From NCBI GenBank assembly GCA_050633305.1, contig JBOEGF010000029.1, positions 1-44,121 of the forward strand: a stretch of 44,121 nt of DNA, given 5' to 3'. Positions 17,284 to 26,784 of the stretch are shown in pieces. The notes under the pieces are model-generated. The model did no database searches, had not been told where the DNA came from, and worked only from the letters and a program-made list of their open reading frames with translations. The position numbers were made by a program, and so were the translations under genes. Numbering within the stretch: position 1 is the first letter of the stretch; each line of letters opens with the position of its first letter. This DNA is from Nannocystales bacterium (lineage in GTDB: Bacteria; Myxococcota_A; Polyangia; Nannocystales; Nannocystaceae).

Positions 17284-18402
17284 TCAGTTGTCCGGCGCCC
17301 CCGCTTCGATCCACGCCCGCACCGTCTCCAGCTCCGCCTCAGCCAGAGGCTCGTACGACGGCGGCATCGGTCCCCCAAACGCCCCGGCCGCGGTCGCTTC
17401 GACCTTCTGCACCAACACGCTCCCCTCCGCGTTTCCAGGCTCGATGATCATCGAGGTGGAATCGAACAGGCTCGGGACTCCGACCGCACCGGTTTCGGGG
17501 TCGAAGGGATCCGTCAGGTTCGGACTCTGGGCCCCGAAGGAGTTGTGGCAGTAGGTGCACTTGCCTCCGCGCGCGCCCAGCCGCGTCTCGTCCCCGAAGA
17601 TGGGCGCGATGACATCCGTGAACGTGTCGTCGTTGTTGGCCCCGGCATCGATCCACGCACGAAGGTCCGTGATCTCCTGGTCGGTGAGCCGCTCGAGGTT
17701 GAGTGGCATGGGACCACCGCCGATCGCAGGATCGGTGACATACGGATCGACGAGCTTGTCGATCAAGAAGCTGGCGTCCGCATCTCCGGGCTCGACGTTG
17801 AGCTCGGGTGTGTTGCCCTCGGGATAGGCTTCGGCCCAGGTATTGATCGACCCGACGAGACCGTTGGGGGCGGAGAACGGGTCCACGATATCGACATCGA
17901 CCGCCGAGTCATCGTGGTGACAAGCCAAACAACCATGCGAGGCAAAGATCGGACGCACGTCCGCGCTGTAGCTGACCTCGCCACCGCCCGTGCCGCTCTC
18001 CTCTCCGCTTCCCCCCTCCGGGAGTTCGACGCCCGCGACCCAGCCGACGATCAGGGCGAGGTCGTCTGCCGCGAGGACGCCGGGTGCGAGCGGCATCTGA
18101 CTGCCTGCGCTGGGGCTTGGAAACATCTTCTCCACGAGGTAGCTGTTCTCGACGTCGCCGAACGAGACGAATGGGCCTCCCGCACCCGACTGCGTGACCC
18201 ATGCGCCTGCACTGGCAACGGAGAGGTCCGGCGCGACGGCTCCGGAGTGGCAGCCGGACAGGGCGCAGCTCTCGGTAAGGCGCTGCTGGACCGCCGCCGG
18301 TACCGCGCTGTCCGATCCGGAGTCTGTGCCTTCGTCGATCTTCTTGACCTGGTTGCAGCCACCGATGGCGAGAAGGGCTCCGAGGACGAGGTGGGGTTTC
18401 AT
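17284..18402 (-). CDS. Lipoprotein with three tandem cytochrome c-like (planctomycete cytochrome c type) domains
   Basis: Lipobox AIGGC; heme motifs CALSGCH, CLACH and CTYCH, each followed by G..MP...L....WI/WV..G. Confidence 0.82.
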   Translation of the reverse strand: MKPHLVLGALLAIGGCNQVKKIDEGTDSGSDSAVPAAVQQRLTESCALSGCHSGAVAPDLSVASAGAWVTQSGAGGPFVSFGDVENSYLVEKMFPSPSAGSQMPLAPGVLAADDLALIVGWVAGVELPEGGSGEESGTGGGEVSYSADVRPIFASHGCLACHHDDSAVDVDIVDPFSAPNGLVGSINTWAEAYPEGNTPELNVEPGDADASFLIDKLVDPYVTDPAIGGGPMPLNLERLTDQEITDLRAWIDAGANNDDTFTDVIAPIFGDETRLGARGGKCTYCHNSFGAQSPNLTDPFDPETGAVGVPSLFDSTSMIIEPGNAEGSVLVQKVEATAAGAFGGPMPPSYEPLAEAELETVRAWIEAGAPDN

Positions 18403-18584
18403 GAGCAGCCTTTCCGCGGTTGTTGACCCGCCGCGCCTTCAAGCCACCGCGGCTGTGGACGGTAAGCACGCCGATGCACAACGACCGTCACCTTCACCTG
18501 GCTTAGCACCGAACCCGACGGGGCGTCACTATGGCCGCCATAGCCAAAGACGATGGGACTCCCTCATGGTCGGCGCGAGCGCCC

Positions 18585-18619
18585 TTGACATCCCTCGAAC
18601 TGTCTTCATACTCCAGACA
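18585..18619 (+). promoter_or_regulatory. Sigma70-like promoter of Rrf2 gene overlapped by candidate operator
   Basis: TTGACA (18585-18590), 16 nt, CATACT (18607-18612), overlapped by AACTGT-N10-CAGACA (18598-18619). Confidence 0.65.
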
Positions 18620-18624
18620 CTTCA

Positions 18625-19062
18625 GTGCCCACGGCGCTCTCCAGCACAAGCTTCTCCATGGCGATCCATCTGCTGACGCTGCTCGCGTTGGCCGAGGGCG
18701 AGTTGCTGGCGTCGTCGCACCTCGCGGAGAGCATCGGCACCAATCCGTCCTTTCTACGGCAGCTGGTCGGCAAGCTTCGGGACGCTGGGCTCGTAGAGAC
18801 GAAGCTCGGCAAGGGGGGCGGTACGCGCCTGATCCGGGACTCTCACACGGTGCGACTTCTGGACATCTACCGGGCCACCGAAAAGGCCCCCCCGATGGCT
18901 CAGCACGACTGCTCCGACGACTCCAAGTGCAAGGTCGAACGTCGTATGAGCGAGGTCTTCTCCACGCTCAATCTACGCATCCAGCGCGCCGTCGAACGCG
19001 AGCTCGCCTCGACCAGCCTCGCCGATGTCGTGCAGCAGCGCGACCTGAACGACCGAGACTAG
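18625..19062 (+). CDS. Rrf2 family transcriptional regulator (YwnA/HypR-like)
   Basis: FSMAIHLL...SSHLAESIGTNPSFLRQLVGKLRDAGLV...GKGGG...LLDIYRA; two Cys (HDCSDDSKC). Confidence 0.93.
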   Translation: MPTALSSTSFSMAIHLLTLLALAEGELLASSHLAESIGTNPSFLRQLVGKLRDAGLVETKLGKGGGTRLIRDSHTVRLLDIYRATEKAPPMAQHDCSDDSKCKVERRMSEVFSTLNLRIQRAVERELASTSLADVVQQRDLNDRD

Positions 19063-19102
19063 CGAACCAGCACGGGCAGACCTGAGCGACTTTCACACGC
19101 CT

Positions 19103-19124
19103 AACTGTATCTCTGTCACAGACA
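19103..19124 (+). promoter_or_regulatory. Second copy of AACTGT-N10-CAGACA upstream of alkene reductase
   Basis: aactgt-atctctgtca-cagaca, with the same ends and spacing as 18598-18619. Confidence 0.6.
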
Positions 19125-19155
19125 GACAACCATAAAACACACGCCGAGATCCAAC

Positions 19156-20235
19156 ATGTCCACGCCAACCCTCTTCGACCCCCTGAGCATCGGAAGCATC
19201 CACCTTCAGAACCGCGTCGTGATGGCTCCGCTCACCCGCGGCCGAGCGGAGCTCGACGGTACCCCGACCGACCTGCTCCGGACCTACTACCAACAGCGCG
19301 CCAGCGCCGGGCTGATCGTCAGCGAAGCCACGTCGATCTCCAACCAGGGGAGCGGCTGGGTCCGTGCTCCTGGGATCTACACCGACGCACACGAACGCGG
19401 ATGGAAGTCCGTGACCGATGCCGTTCACGAACGTGGAGGGAAGATCGTTCTTCAACTGTGGCACATGGGCCGCGCCTCCCACCGCGACTTCCACGATGGC
19501 GAGTTGCCCGTCGCCCCGTCCGCGATCGGTCTGAGCGGAACGATCAACACCCCCCAAGGCGAGAAGGACTACGAGGCCCCCAGAGCACTCGAAGCGAGTG
19601 AGCTTCCTGGCATCGTCGCGGACTACGTCGCAGCCGCCAAGCGGGCGATCGCCGCCGGATTCGACGGTGTCGAAGTGCACGCTGCCAATGGCTACCTGCT
19701 CGACGAGTTCATCCGCGACGGCTCCAACAAGCGCACCGATGACTACGGCGGCTCGCTCGAGAACCGGTGGCGTTTCCCGCTTCAAGTCGTCGAGGCGGTG
19801 GCCAGCGCGATTGGGGCCGACCGCACCGGGATCCGGCTCTCGCCGACCAACCCCTTCCAGGCGATGAGCGACAGCGACCCCGTGGCCACGTTCGTGCACG
19901 GCACCAAGGCGCTCGCGGCCCTGAACCCCGCATTCATCCACGTCGTCGACCCACCGCCCGGACACATGTTCGGTGGAGACACCCCGCTGTACCCGCACAT
20001 GCGCCCGCTGTACGACGGCGCGCTCATCCTCAACGGCGGCTTCGACCGAGAACGTGGAACCGCTGCACTGGCCGAGGGACACGGAGACGCGATCGCGTAT
20101 GGCATTCCGTTCATCGCCAACCCCGACCTGGCGGAACGACTGCGCGAAGGGGCCGAACTGGCGCCGCCCCGGCCCCAGTTCTTCTACACCCCGGGTGCCG
20201 AGGGATACACCGACTACCCGGCGCTCGCGAGGTAG
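19156..20235 (+). CDS. nemA: Alkene reductase, old yellow enzyme (NemA-like) flavin oxidoreductase
   Basis: NRVVMAPLTR, QLWHMGR, EVHAANGYL, RTDDYGGSLENR, FIANPDL, GYTDYP. Confidence 0.93.
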   Translation: MSTPTLFDPLSIGSIHLQNRVVMAPLTRGRAELDGTPTDLLRTYYQQRASAGLIVSEATSISNQGSGWVRAPGIYTDAHERGWKSVTDAVHERGGKIVLQLWHMGRASHRDFHDGELPVAPSAIGLSGTINTPQGEKDYEAPRALEASELPGIVADYVAAAKRAIAAGFDGVEVHAANGYLLDEFIRDGSNKRTDDYGGSLENRWRFPLQVVEAVASAIGADRTGIRLSPTNPFQAMSDSDPVATFVHGTKALAALNPAFIHVVDPPPGHMFGGDTPLYPHMRPLYDGALILNGGFDRERGTAALAEGHGDAIAYGIPFIANPDLAERLREGAELAPPRPQFFYTPGAEGYTDYPALAR

Positions 20236-20299
20236 ACACCGCGAGGCCGCGACCGACGAACCGCACTCCGGGGACAGGGCGCGGTCGTTGCCGCTCTCA

Positions 20300-20761
20300 T
20301 CAAGACTGACCCCAGACGCAGATCTCGTTGTGAAACGAGTGATAGGTGACGGCGTTGTGCTGCTGGAGGTCCTCGATCCACGCGGACCACTCCCAACCCG
20401 AGAGCGGGCGCCATCCAAAGTCGACATCAGCCTCGGCACAGAGCTTCCCGGACCCATCAGGACACGGCGTGTAGGCGTGATTGAAGAACTCCAGCCGATG
20501 GTAGCTGTAGTTCGGAAGCTCGACCCGCACCAAAACAGGACCCTCCGGAATGGTGTTGGCGTCGTCTTCGTAGCCGTCGAACACATAGCGGCCGCTGCCG
20601 TCGGTCTGGGTCGTCCAGGTGTCCCCGTTGCAGGTCTCGATCCGGACATCAGCAGCGACGACCGGGTCCCCACCCCACTCCACCTCGCCGTACGTACAAG
20701 CCGCCGGGCCGACGACCGGAAGCAAGAGCAGGACCGAACGGAAGGCAGTGGTCAGTGTCAT
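20300..20761 (-). CDS. Hypothetical lipoprotein with prealbumin/carboxypeptidase-regulatory-like beta-sandwich
   Basis: Hydrophobic leader ending PAAC; YGEV...PVVAADVRI...TQTDGSGRYVF pattern. Confidence 0.6.
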   Translation of the reverse strand: MTLTTAFRSVLLLLPVVGPAACTYGEVEWGGDPVVAADVRIETCNGDTWTTQTDGSGRYVFDGYEDDANTIPEGPVLVRVELPNYSYHRLEFFNHAYTPCPDGSGKLCAEADVDFGWRPLSGWEWSAWIEDLQQHNAVTYHSFHNEICVWGQS

Positions 20762-20947
20762 CGCCGGAGGTGGTACCGGTGACCCCTCCGGCGTTTCAGC
20801 TTTTCTTCACGGGACCGGGGTATGACAACCAACCCGTGCCACCCAGTTCCGATACCCGATGGGGCCGAGAGTTCGAGGGTCTGCATCCCGACGAGCACGC
20901 AAGCGAGCCTTGGAGTGACGTCGCCAAGGATCCTCGACACCACGAAC

Positions 20948-21286
20948 ATGGACGTCGAGCTCGAGCCGATGCTCTACGCGCTTGGCGTCCAGGAGCCGAG
21001 TTGGGTTTCCAGGCGGAGCGTTGCGAGTTCCCCTCCCGACGTTGGCATAGATGGGCACACCCCCCGGAGCCTCGTCCACGCCCTCGCCACCGCGATGGAT
21101 GTCTCCCCCGCGAGTTTCGAAGGCGGGCTGATTCTCCCTGACCCGCCTCGACGTACCGACGACGAGTGGACGGAGCGCAAGGCGAGCGGCGACAAGGCGT
21201 TTACGGAGTGGCTTCACACGGTGTCCGCCGTCGGGGCTGCGGCAGTGGGTCTTGCGTGGGTGCTGTACCAGCTACTGTTTGGCTGA
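20948..21286 (+). CDS. Hypothetical protein with C-terminal transmembrane helix
   Basis: The ORF ends in VSAVGAAAVGLAWVLYQLLFG. Start is uncertain (20822 or 20948). Confidence 0.55.
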   Translation: MDVELEPMLYALGVQEPSWVSRRSVASSPPDVGIDGHTPRSLVHALATAMDVSPASFEGGLILPDPPRRTDDEWTERKASGDKAFTEWLHTVSAVGAAAVGLAWVLYQLLFG

Positions 21287-21502
21287 GTACGGTTCCACGC
21301 TGGCTGGGCCATCGTGTGCCTACATGGCGCCCCGTGCAGCAGTCCGCGCGAACGTCGAGGTCTGCGCTGGCAACGCGCCCTGGCTTTCACGACGAGTTTC
21401 GCATAAGCACACAAGGCCGTCGGGCTCCTCCAAGCCTCGTACGATCCTTCTGCCGCTCGTCGGTGGCCGTCCTCCCACCGACCGCACACGACGACCTCGC
21501 CC

Positions 21503-22741
21503 ATGGGAACGCGACCATCCGCTCTCGCTCCACACGCCTCCCCGCCTACGGGAGCCGCCCGGCAACCCGCGCCCACAGCCACTGCGCTGGACGGCGTCGA
21601 CCTCGACGCCTTCACCCGTGACCTCGAAGCCATCGCCGCCGAGGCCCGAGCCGACACTGGCGAGGCCGACCTCCAGCACCTTCGGAAGATCGAGTTTATC
21701 GGTCGTGTCGCTGGGGTCATCGGCCTTGCGACGGCCTTCATCGCCCCCAACCCCGTGTCGGTGTTCGGTATGTCCTTCGCTCGTTTCGTACGTTGGACCG
21801 GCGTCGCTCACCCCGTCGTCCACAAGGGTTACGAAGGGCTCGAGGCCACGCCGCACGCCCGAACCTCCAAGGGCTTCGCAAAGGGTTGGCGCCGAGTCGT
21901 CGACTGGTTCGACTGGATCGACCCCGCGGCCTGGCAGGAGGAGCACAACATCCAGCACCACTACCGCCTCAACGAGGAAGCCGACCCCGACTTGGTCGAG
22001 CGCAACCTCAGCTGGCTGCGCGAGTCGAGCATGCCCAAGTGGATGCGCCGCGCCCTCGTCCCCTTCATGGCGATGACCTGGAAGTTCGTCTACTACGCGC
22101 CCAGCACTCTCGAGGCCCTGGCCCGCACCGAGGCTCGACGCGGTAGTGGGCCGCAAACCGACACGCCCGAGGCCCTGCGCACCCGTTGGTCCAAGGATGG
22201 CAAGTGGAGCTTCCTGCCCTCGGTCAACCGCCGCCTGTGGCTGCGTTCGTGGGGTCCCTATTTCCTCGCCATGTTCGTCGTGCTGCCGCTGCTGTTCACC
22301 CCGCTGGGGCCCTGGGCCGTCGCCAGCGTGCTGATCAACTCCCTGCTTGCCGAGGCCCTGACCAACGTCCACTCATTCCTGACGATCGTCCCCAACCACG
22401 TGGGCGAGGACCTCTATCGCTTCGAGGGCCGCACCCGAGGCCGAGGCGAGTTCTACCTGCGCCAGATCGTCGGCAGCACCAACTACAACTGCGGCCGCGA
22501 TTCGATCGACATCGTCTATGGCTGGCTCAACTATCAGATCGAGCACCACCTGTGGCCCGACATGTCGCTACTCCAGTACCGGAAGATCCAGCCCAAGGTG
22601 CGGGCGGTGTGCGAGCGGTATGGCGTGCCGTACGTGCAAGAGCCGATGTGGACTCGGGTTCGCAAGACGGTGGATGTGATGGTGGGCGACGCGAGCATGC
22701 CCGTGCTGGATACGGGCACGCTGTTTCAGGGCGGCGGCTGA
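21503..22741 (+). CDS. Membrane fatty acid desaturase (DesA3-like)
   Basis: His boxes HPVVH, HNIQHH and QIEHH, with TM segments. Confidence 0.92.
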   Translation: MGTRPSALAPHASPPTGAARQPAPTATALDGVDLDAFTRDLEAIAAEARADTGEADLQHLRKIEFIGRVAGVIGLATAFIAPNPVSVFGMSFARFVRWTGVAHPVVHKGYEGLEATPHARTSKGFAKGWRRVVDWFDWIDPAAWQEEHNIQHHYRLNEEADPDLVERNLSWLRESSMPKWMRRALVPFMAMTWKFVYYAPSTLEALARTEARRGSGPQTDTPEALRTRWSKDGKWSFLPSVNRRLWLRSWGPYFLAMFVVLPLLFTPLGPWAVASVLINSLLAEALTNVHSFLTIVPNHVGEDLYRFEGRTRGRGEFYLRQIVGSTNYNCGRDSIDIVYGWLNYQIEHHLWPDMSLLQYRKIQPKVRAVCERYGVPYVQEPMWTRVRKTVDVMVGDASMPVLDTGTLFQGGG

Positions 22742-22766
22742 CGCATCGCAGCGTAGTACACGAATC

Positions 22767-23984
22767 TCAGGTCCCGGCGAATCCAACGCAGCGGTATTCG
22801 GCGCCGAATCCGGACGAACTGACGACGTCGGAGCTCCACGCCTGCCCATCGACTCCGAGCGCATGCACCTCCGGGCAGTGGTTGAAGTCCACCTCGCGCA
22901 CGATCGTGCCGCTGGAATACCCGAGCGCAGCACACAGGGCCGTCACCATCTCGCCCCCTCCGTCGAGCGCGACCTCGTTGTTGTTGCCATCCGGCGCGTT
23001 GTACATCGCGTGCGGGAAGATCTCGTTGCCGCAGTTCCCGAGGTCCGCGGCCGTGGGGAGCGCGTCGCCGTACTCGTCGTTCCGGTCATACACGGCACGC
23101 ATCACGGACTCGCCGACACTCCCAAACTCGAGCGTCTCCGTCCTCTCGTCGAAGGTGCAGTAGAATTCGTTCGGCTCGCAGCCCTGGCTGGGGCAACCGA
23201 TCCAGTCCAGCGTGCCATCGGTCCAGCCCCGCAGGTCCACCCCCATTGCGGGCAGTCCCCAGACCATCGCGTTGGTCAGGAGCGCATCGCACGTCGCGGG
23301 CTCGCGGGTGATGCATGCGTTGCTGCAAGCGTCGTCGTCCACGGTGTTTTCATCCTCGCACTCTTCCCCTGCGGCCCGGTTGACGACCCCGTCGCCACAG
23401 ATCGCGATCGTGCAGTCAGCGTTGCAGGCTTCGGAATCGCCACCGTCATCGCACGCCTCACCCGCCGCGGCATTGAGAACCCCATCCCCGCACTCGACCG
23501 CCGTACAGTCGGCGTCGCAGGTCTCGGACTCCCCCCGTTTCTCGCACGTCTCTCCAGCAGCCGCGTTGATCACCCCGTCACCGCAGCTCGCCGGGGTGCA
23601 GTTCGCGTTGCAAGACTCCGACTCAACACCGTCGTCGCAAGACTCACCGGCCGCGACGTTCACATGACCGTCCCCGCACACTGCCACCGTGCAGTCATCG
23701 TCACAGTCTTCGGAGGGCCCGGCGTCGTCACAGTCTTCCCCATCGTCGATGTCACCGTTCCCGCACAGAGGGTCCGCGACCCCTGTCGAAGCGCCGGAGC
23801 CTGCTGTCACCGTGTCTGCGTCACCCGTGGTTCCGGCCTCCGTCGAGGATGCAGTGGTGGTCGATCCCCCAGACGAGGAGCCCTCGGCGCGAACCATGGT
23901 CACATCGTCCCCGCAGCCACCGGACGCACCGAGAACGGCGATAAGCACGAGAACGTGTGGAACACGGCGATTGGAGGCGCGCAT
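22767..23984 (-). CDS. Lipoprotein with Myxococcus cysteine-rich (DUF4215-like) repeats and unknown C-terminal domain
   Basis: Signal ending SGGCGDD; S/T linker; five CGDG..N.AAGE.CDDG...C.A.C repeats. Confidence 0.85.
   Translation of the reverse strand: MRASNRRVPHVLVLIAVLGASGGCGDDVTMVRAEGSSSGGSTTTASSTEAGTTGDADTVTAGSGASTGVADPLCGNGDIDDGEDCDDAGPSEDCDDDCTVAVCGDGHVNVAAGESCDDGVESESCNANCTPASCGDGVINAAAGETCEKRGESETCDADCTAVECGDGVLNAAAGEACDDGGDSEACNADCTIAICGDGVVNRAAGEECEDENTVDDDACSNACITREPATCDALLTNAMVWGLPAMGVDLRGWTDGTLDWIGCPSQGCEPNEFYCTFDERTETLEFGSVGESVMRAVYDRNDEYGDALPTAADLGNCGNEIFPHAMYNAPDGNNNEVALDGGGEMVTALCAALGYSSGTIVREVDFNHCPEVHALGVDGQAWSSDVVSSSGFGAEYRCVGFAGT
23313..23765 (-). repeat. Five tandem Cys-rich repeats (about 93-nt / 31-aa period)
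   Basis: CGNGDIDDGEDC..., CGDGHVNVAAGESC..., CGDGVINAAAGETC..., CGDGVLNAAAGEAC..., CGDGVVNRAAGEEC... Confidence 0.9.
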
Positions 23985-24176
23985 CCCGGACACGATACCG
24001 GCGTGTGAGCGTCGCCCACCACATCGCCGTGACCATTGAGGCGAGATGCTGTCGAGCGCCAAGGCCCTGACGCCGTGAGCACGACGAGCTCTTGTTGCGC
24101 GCCGCCCGAACCACGACGAAGCCCCGACCTCGTTCACGACCGGGGCTCGCGTTGCTACGCGCGAAGCGAAAACTCG

Positions 24177-25451
24177 CTAGTGCGCGCCCTTCTTCGGCCG
24201 CAGCGGCTTGCCGTCGTTGACGTGCTCGTTCCAGGTCGCGCGCCCAAACCCGTTGTCGACCTCTTCCATCGTGATGCAGTCCGGAACCGGGCACACGATC
24301 TCGCACAGGTTGCAGCCCACGCACTCGCTCTCATCGATCACGGGCACGCGCTTCTTCCCTTCCTCAGCGGGGAACAAGCACTGGTGCGCCCCGTCCTGAC
24401 AAGCGACCACGCAGTCGTAGCAGCCGATGCACTTGTCGGCATCGATCTTGGCGATGGTCTCGTAGTTGAGATCGAGGTTGCCCCACTCGGAGTAGCTCGG
24501 CACCGCCTTGCCGATCATCTGATCGAGGCTCTCGAACCCCTTGTCGTCCATGTAGTTCGACAGCCCCTCAATCATGTCTTCGACGACGCGGTAGCCGCGA
24601 AGCATGACCTCAGTGCAGACCTGAACCGAGCTTGCGCCCAGCAGGATGAACTCGACGGCGTCGCGCCAGTTGGACACGCCTCCGATCCCGCTGATCGGGA
24701 TGTTGAAGTTCGGGTCCTTGGCCAAAGAGCCACACATGTGCAGCGCGATCGGCTTGACCGCAGCACCGCAGTAGCCGCCGTTGCTCGACAGTTCCCCGAC
24801 CCGTGGGTTGAGGACCATGCGGTCGATGTCCACGCCGATGATGCTCTTGATCGTGTTGATCAGCGACACCCCGCTGGCCCCTCCGGCCTGCGCGGCGAGC
24901 CCGTGCGGACGGATGTCACCGACGTTGGGCGTCAACTTCACGAGGACAGGCACGGAGGAGTACTCCATCGCCCACGATGTAATCTCCTGGTTGACCGCGG
25001 GCTCCTGCCCCACGGCCGAGCCCATGCCGCGCTCGCACATGCCGTGCGGACAGCCGAAGTTGAGCTCCAGGCCATCGGCGCCCGCATCGATCGAGCGCTT
25101 GATGATGTCCTGCCACTCCTCCTTGGTCTCCACCATCAAGCTCACGATGATCGCGTGCTCGGGGTGGCTCTTCTTGACCTCGGCGATCTCCTTGAAGTTC
25201 ACCTCCAAGGTGCGGTCGGTGATCAGCTCGATGTTGTTGAAGCCGATCGCCTTGGTCCCCTTGTAGTGGAGGCCGCCGAAGCGGCTGGAGACGTTCTGAA
25301 TGGGTTGGCCCAGCGTCTTCCAGACGGCGCCGCCCCAGCCGTGGTCGAAGGCGCGCTTGATCTGGTCACCCGAGTTCGCCGGAGGGGCGGACGCGAGCCA
25401 GAACGGGTTGGGAGAGATGATGCCAGCGGTGTTGGACTGCAAGTTCGCCAT
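24177..25451 (-). CDS. preA: NAD-dependent dihydropyrimidine dehydrogenase subunit PreA
   Basis: NPFWLASAPP, NNIELI, ELNFGCPHG, KLTPN, two 4Fe-4S motifs (CIGCYDCVVAC, CVGCNLCEIVCP). Confidence 0.97.
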   Translation of the reverse strand: MANLQSNTAGIISPNPFWLASAPPANSGDQIKRAFDHGWGGAVWKTLGQPIQNVSSRFGGLHYKGTKAIGFNNIELITDRTLEVNFKEIAEVKKSHPEHAIIVSLMVETKEEWQDIIKRSIDAGADGLELNFGCPHGMCERGMGSAVGQEPAVNQEITSWAMEYSSVPVLVKLTPNVGDIRPHGLAAQAGGASGVSLINTIKSIIGVDIDRMVLNPRVGELSSNGGYCGAAVKPIALHMCGSLAKDPNFNIPISGIGGVSNWRDAVEFILLGASSVQVCTEVMLRGYRVVEDMIEGLSNYMDDKGFESLDQMIGKAVPSYSEWGNLDLNYETIAKIDADKCIGCYDCVVACQDGAHQCLFPAEEGKKRVPVIDESECVGCNLCEIVCPVPDCITMEEVDNGFGRATWNEHVNDGKPLRPKKGAH

Positions 25452-25465
25452 GTCGTCGAATCCCT

Positions 25466-26782
25466 TCAGGCTTGGCCTTTGAAGTAGGCGTCAATGGCGT
25501 GGGCAGCCTTCTTGCCCTCCGCGGCGGCGTAGACCACCTCGGTGCCTCCGTTGGCAGCATCCCCTGCCGCGTACACCCCCGGACGACCGGTGGCTCCTCC
25601 TGCGTCGACCTGCACACAGCCCTGCTCGACGACGACGCCAGGCAACGATGCCGCGAGCTCGCCGAGCTTGCCCTGGCCAATCGCCAGCAACACCAGGTCT
25701 GCGGGCAGCACGTGCTCACTGCCCTCGATGGTCTTCTTGTTCTCGTCGAGGCGTACACACTTCACGCCCTGCACCTTGCCTTCGCCCTCGAAGGCGACCG
25801 GCTGGGTGCCGAACGCTGCACGCACGCCCTCGACCTTGCCTGCTTTCCATTCGTGGGCGTAGCCGCTCATGCCCGGCTCTCGGCCGCGATAGGCCAAGGT
25901 CACCGAGTCGATGCCCAGCCCGCGAAGTTCACGAACGGCATCGAGCGCCGTGTTGCCACCGCCGACGACCACGGCGTTCTTCACCGCGGAGACGTCGACG
26001 GTGCCGACCTTGAACAGCTCGATGTACTCGACGGCGCCGTAGACCCCCTCGAGGTCCTCGCCATCGGCCGAAAGTGAGCTATCCGGGCCGAGGCCAAACG
26101 CCAACACGAGCGCGTCGTGCTTGGCGTCGAGGTCCTCGAGCGTGGCGTCCTTGCCGACCTCGAAGCCGGTCTTCACCTCGATGCCTCCGATCGAGAGGAT
26201 CCAGTTGACCTCGTCGACGGAAGCGTCGGCCTTCATCTTGTACGGCGCAATTCCGGTGGTGTTGAGTCCACCGATGACGTCGCGCTTCTCATAGAGCGTG
26301 ACGGCGTGGCCCAGACGGCGCAGCTCATGAGCCGTCGCGAGCGCAGCCGGTCCGGCCCCCACGATGCCCACGTTCTTGCCCGTGTCCTCGCCGGCTTCGA
26401 AGTAAGTCCAGCCCTTGTCGTAGGCGGCATCGGTCGAGTACCGCTGCAGCTTGCCGATCTGAATCGGCGGCTGGTCCATCTCGTTGAACACGCAGTCGCC
26501 CACGCACAGCACCTCGACCGGGCACACCCGGGCGCAGCTCATGCCGAGCACGTTCGACTCGAAGATCGTCTTCGCGGAGCCCTTCACGTTGTCGGTCGCG
26601 ATCTTGCGAATGAACGTGGGGATGTCGATCGACGTGGGGCACGCCTTGATGCACGGCGCGTCCTCGCAGTAGAGGCAGCGGTTGGCCTCCACCGCGGCCT
26701 GCATCTGGTTGTAGGGGGGCTTGAACTCCTCGAAGACGGTCTCCGAGCGGTCGGGTGTGATGTCGGTGCGTTTGGTCGTCAT
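25466..26782 (-). CDS. preT: Dihydropyrimidine dehydrogenase subunit PreT (GltD-like FAD/Fe-S oxidoreductase)
   Basis: EANRCLYCEDAPCIKACP, CARVCP, GAGPA, GGGNTALD; directly upstream of preA. Confidence 0.93.
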   Translation of the reverse strand: MTTKRTDITPDRSETVFEEFKPPYNQMQAAVEANRCLYCEDAPCIKACPTSIDIPTFIRKIATDNVKGSAKTIFESNVLGMSCARVCPVEVLCVGDCVFNEMDQPPIQIGKLQRYSTDAAYDKGWTYFEAGEDTGKNVGIVGAGPAALATAHELRRLGHAVTLYEKRDVIGGLNTTGIAPYKMKADASVDEVNWILSIGGIEVKTGFEVGKDATLEDLDAKHDALVLAFGLGPDSSLSADGEDLEGVYGAVEYIELFKVGTVDVSAVKNAVVVGGGNTALDAVRELRGLGIDSVTLAYRGREPGMSGYAHEWKAGKVEGVRAAFGTQPVAFEGEGKVQGVKCVRLDENKKTIEGSEHVLPADLVLLAIGQGKLGELAASLPGVVVEQGCVQVDAGGATGRPGVYAAGDAANGGTEVVYAAAEGKKAAHAIDAYFKGQA

Positions 26783-26784
26783 GC

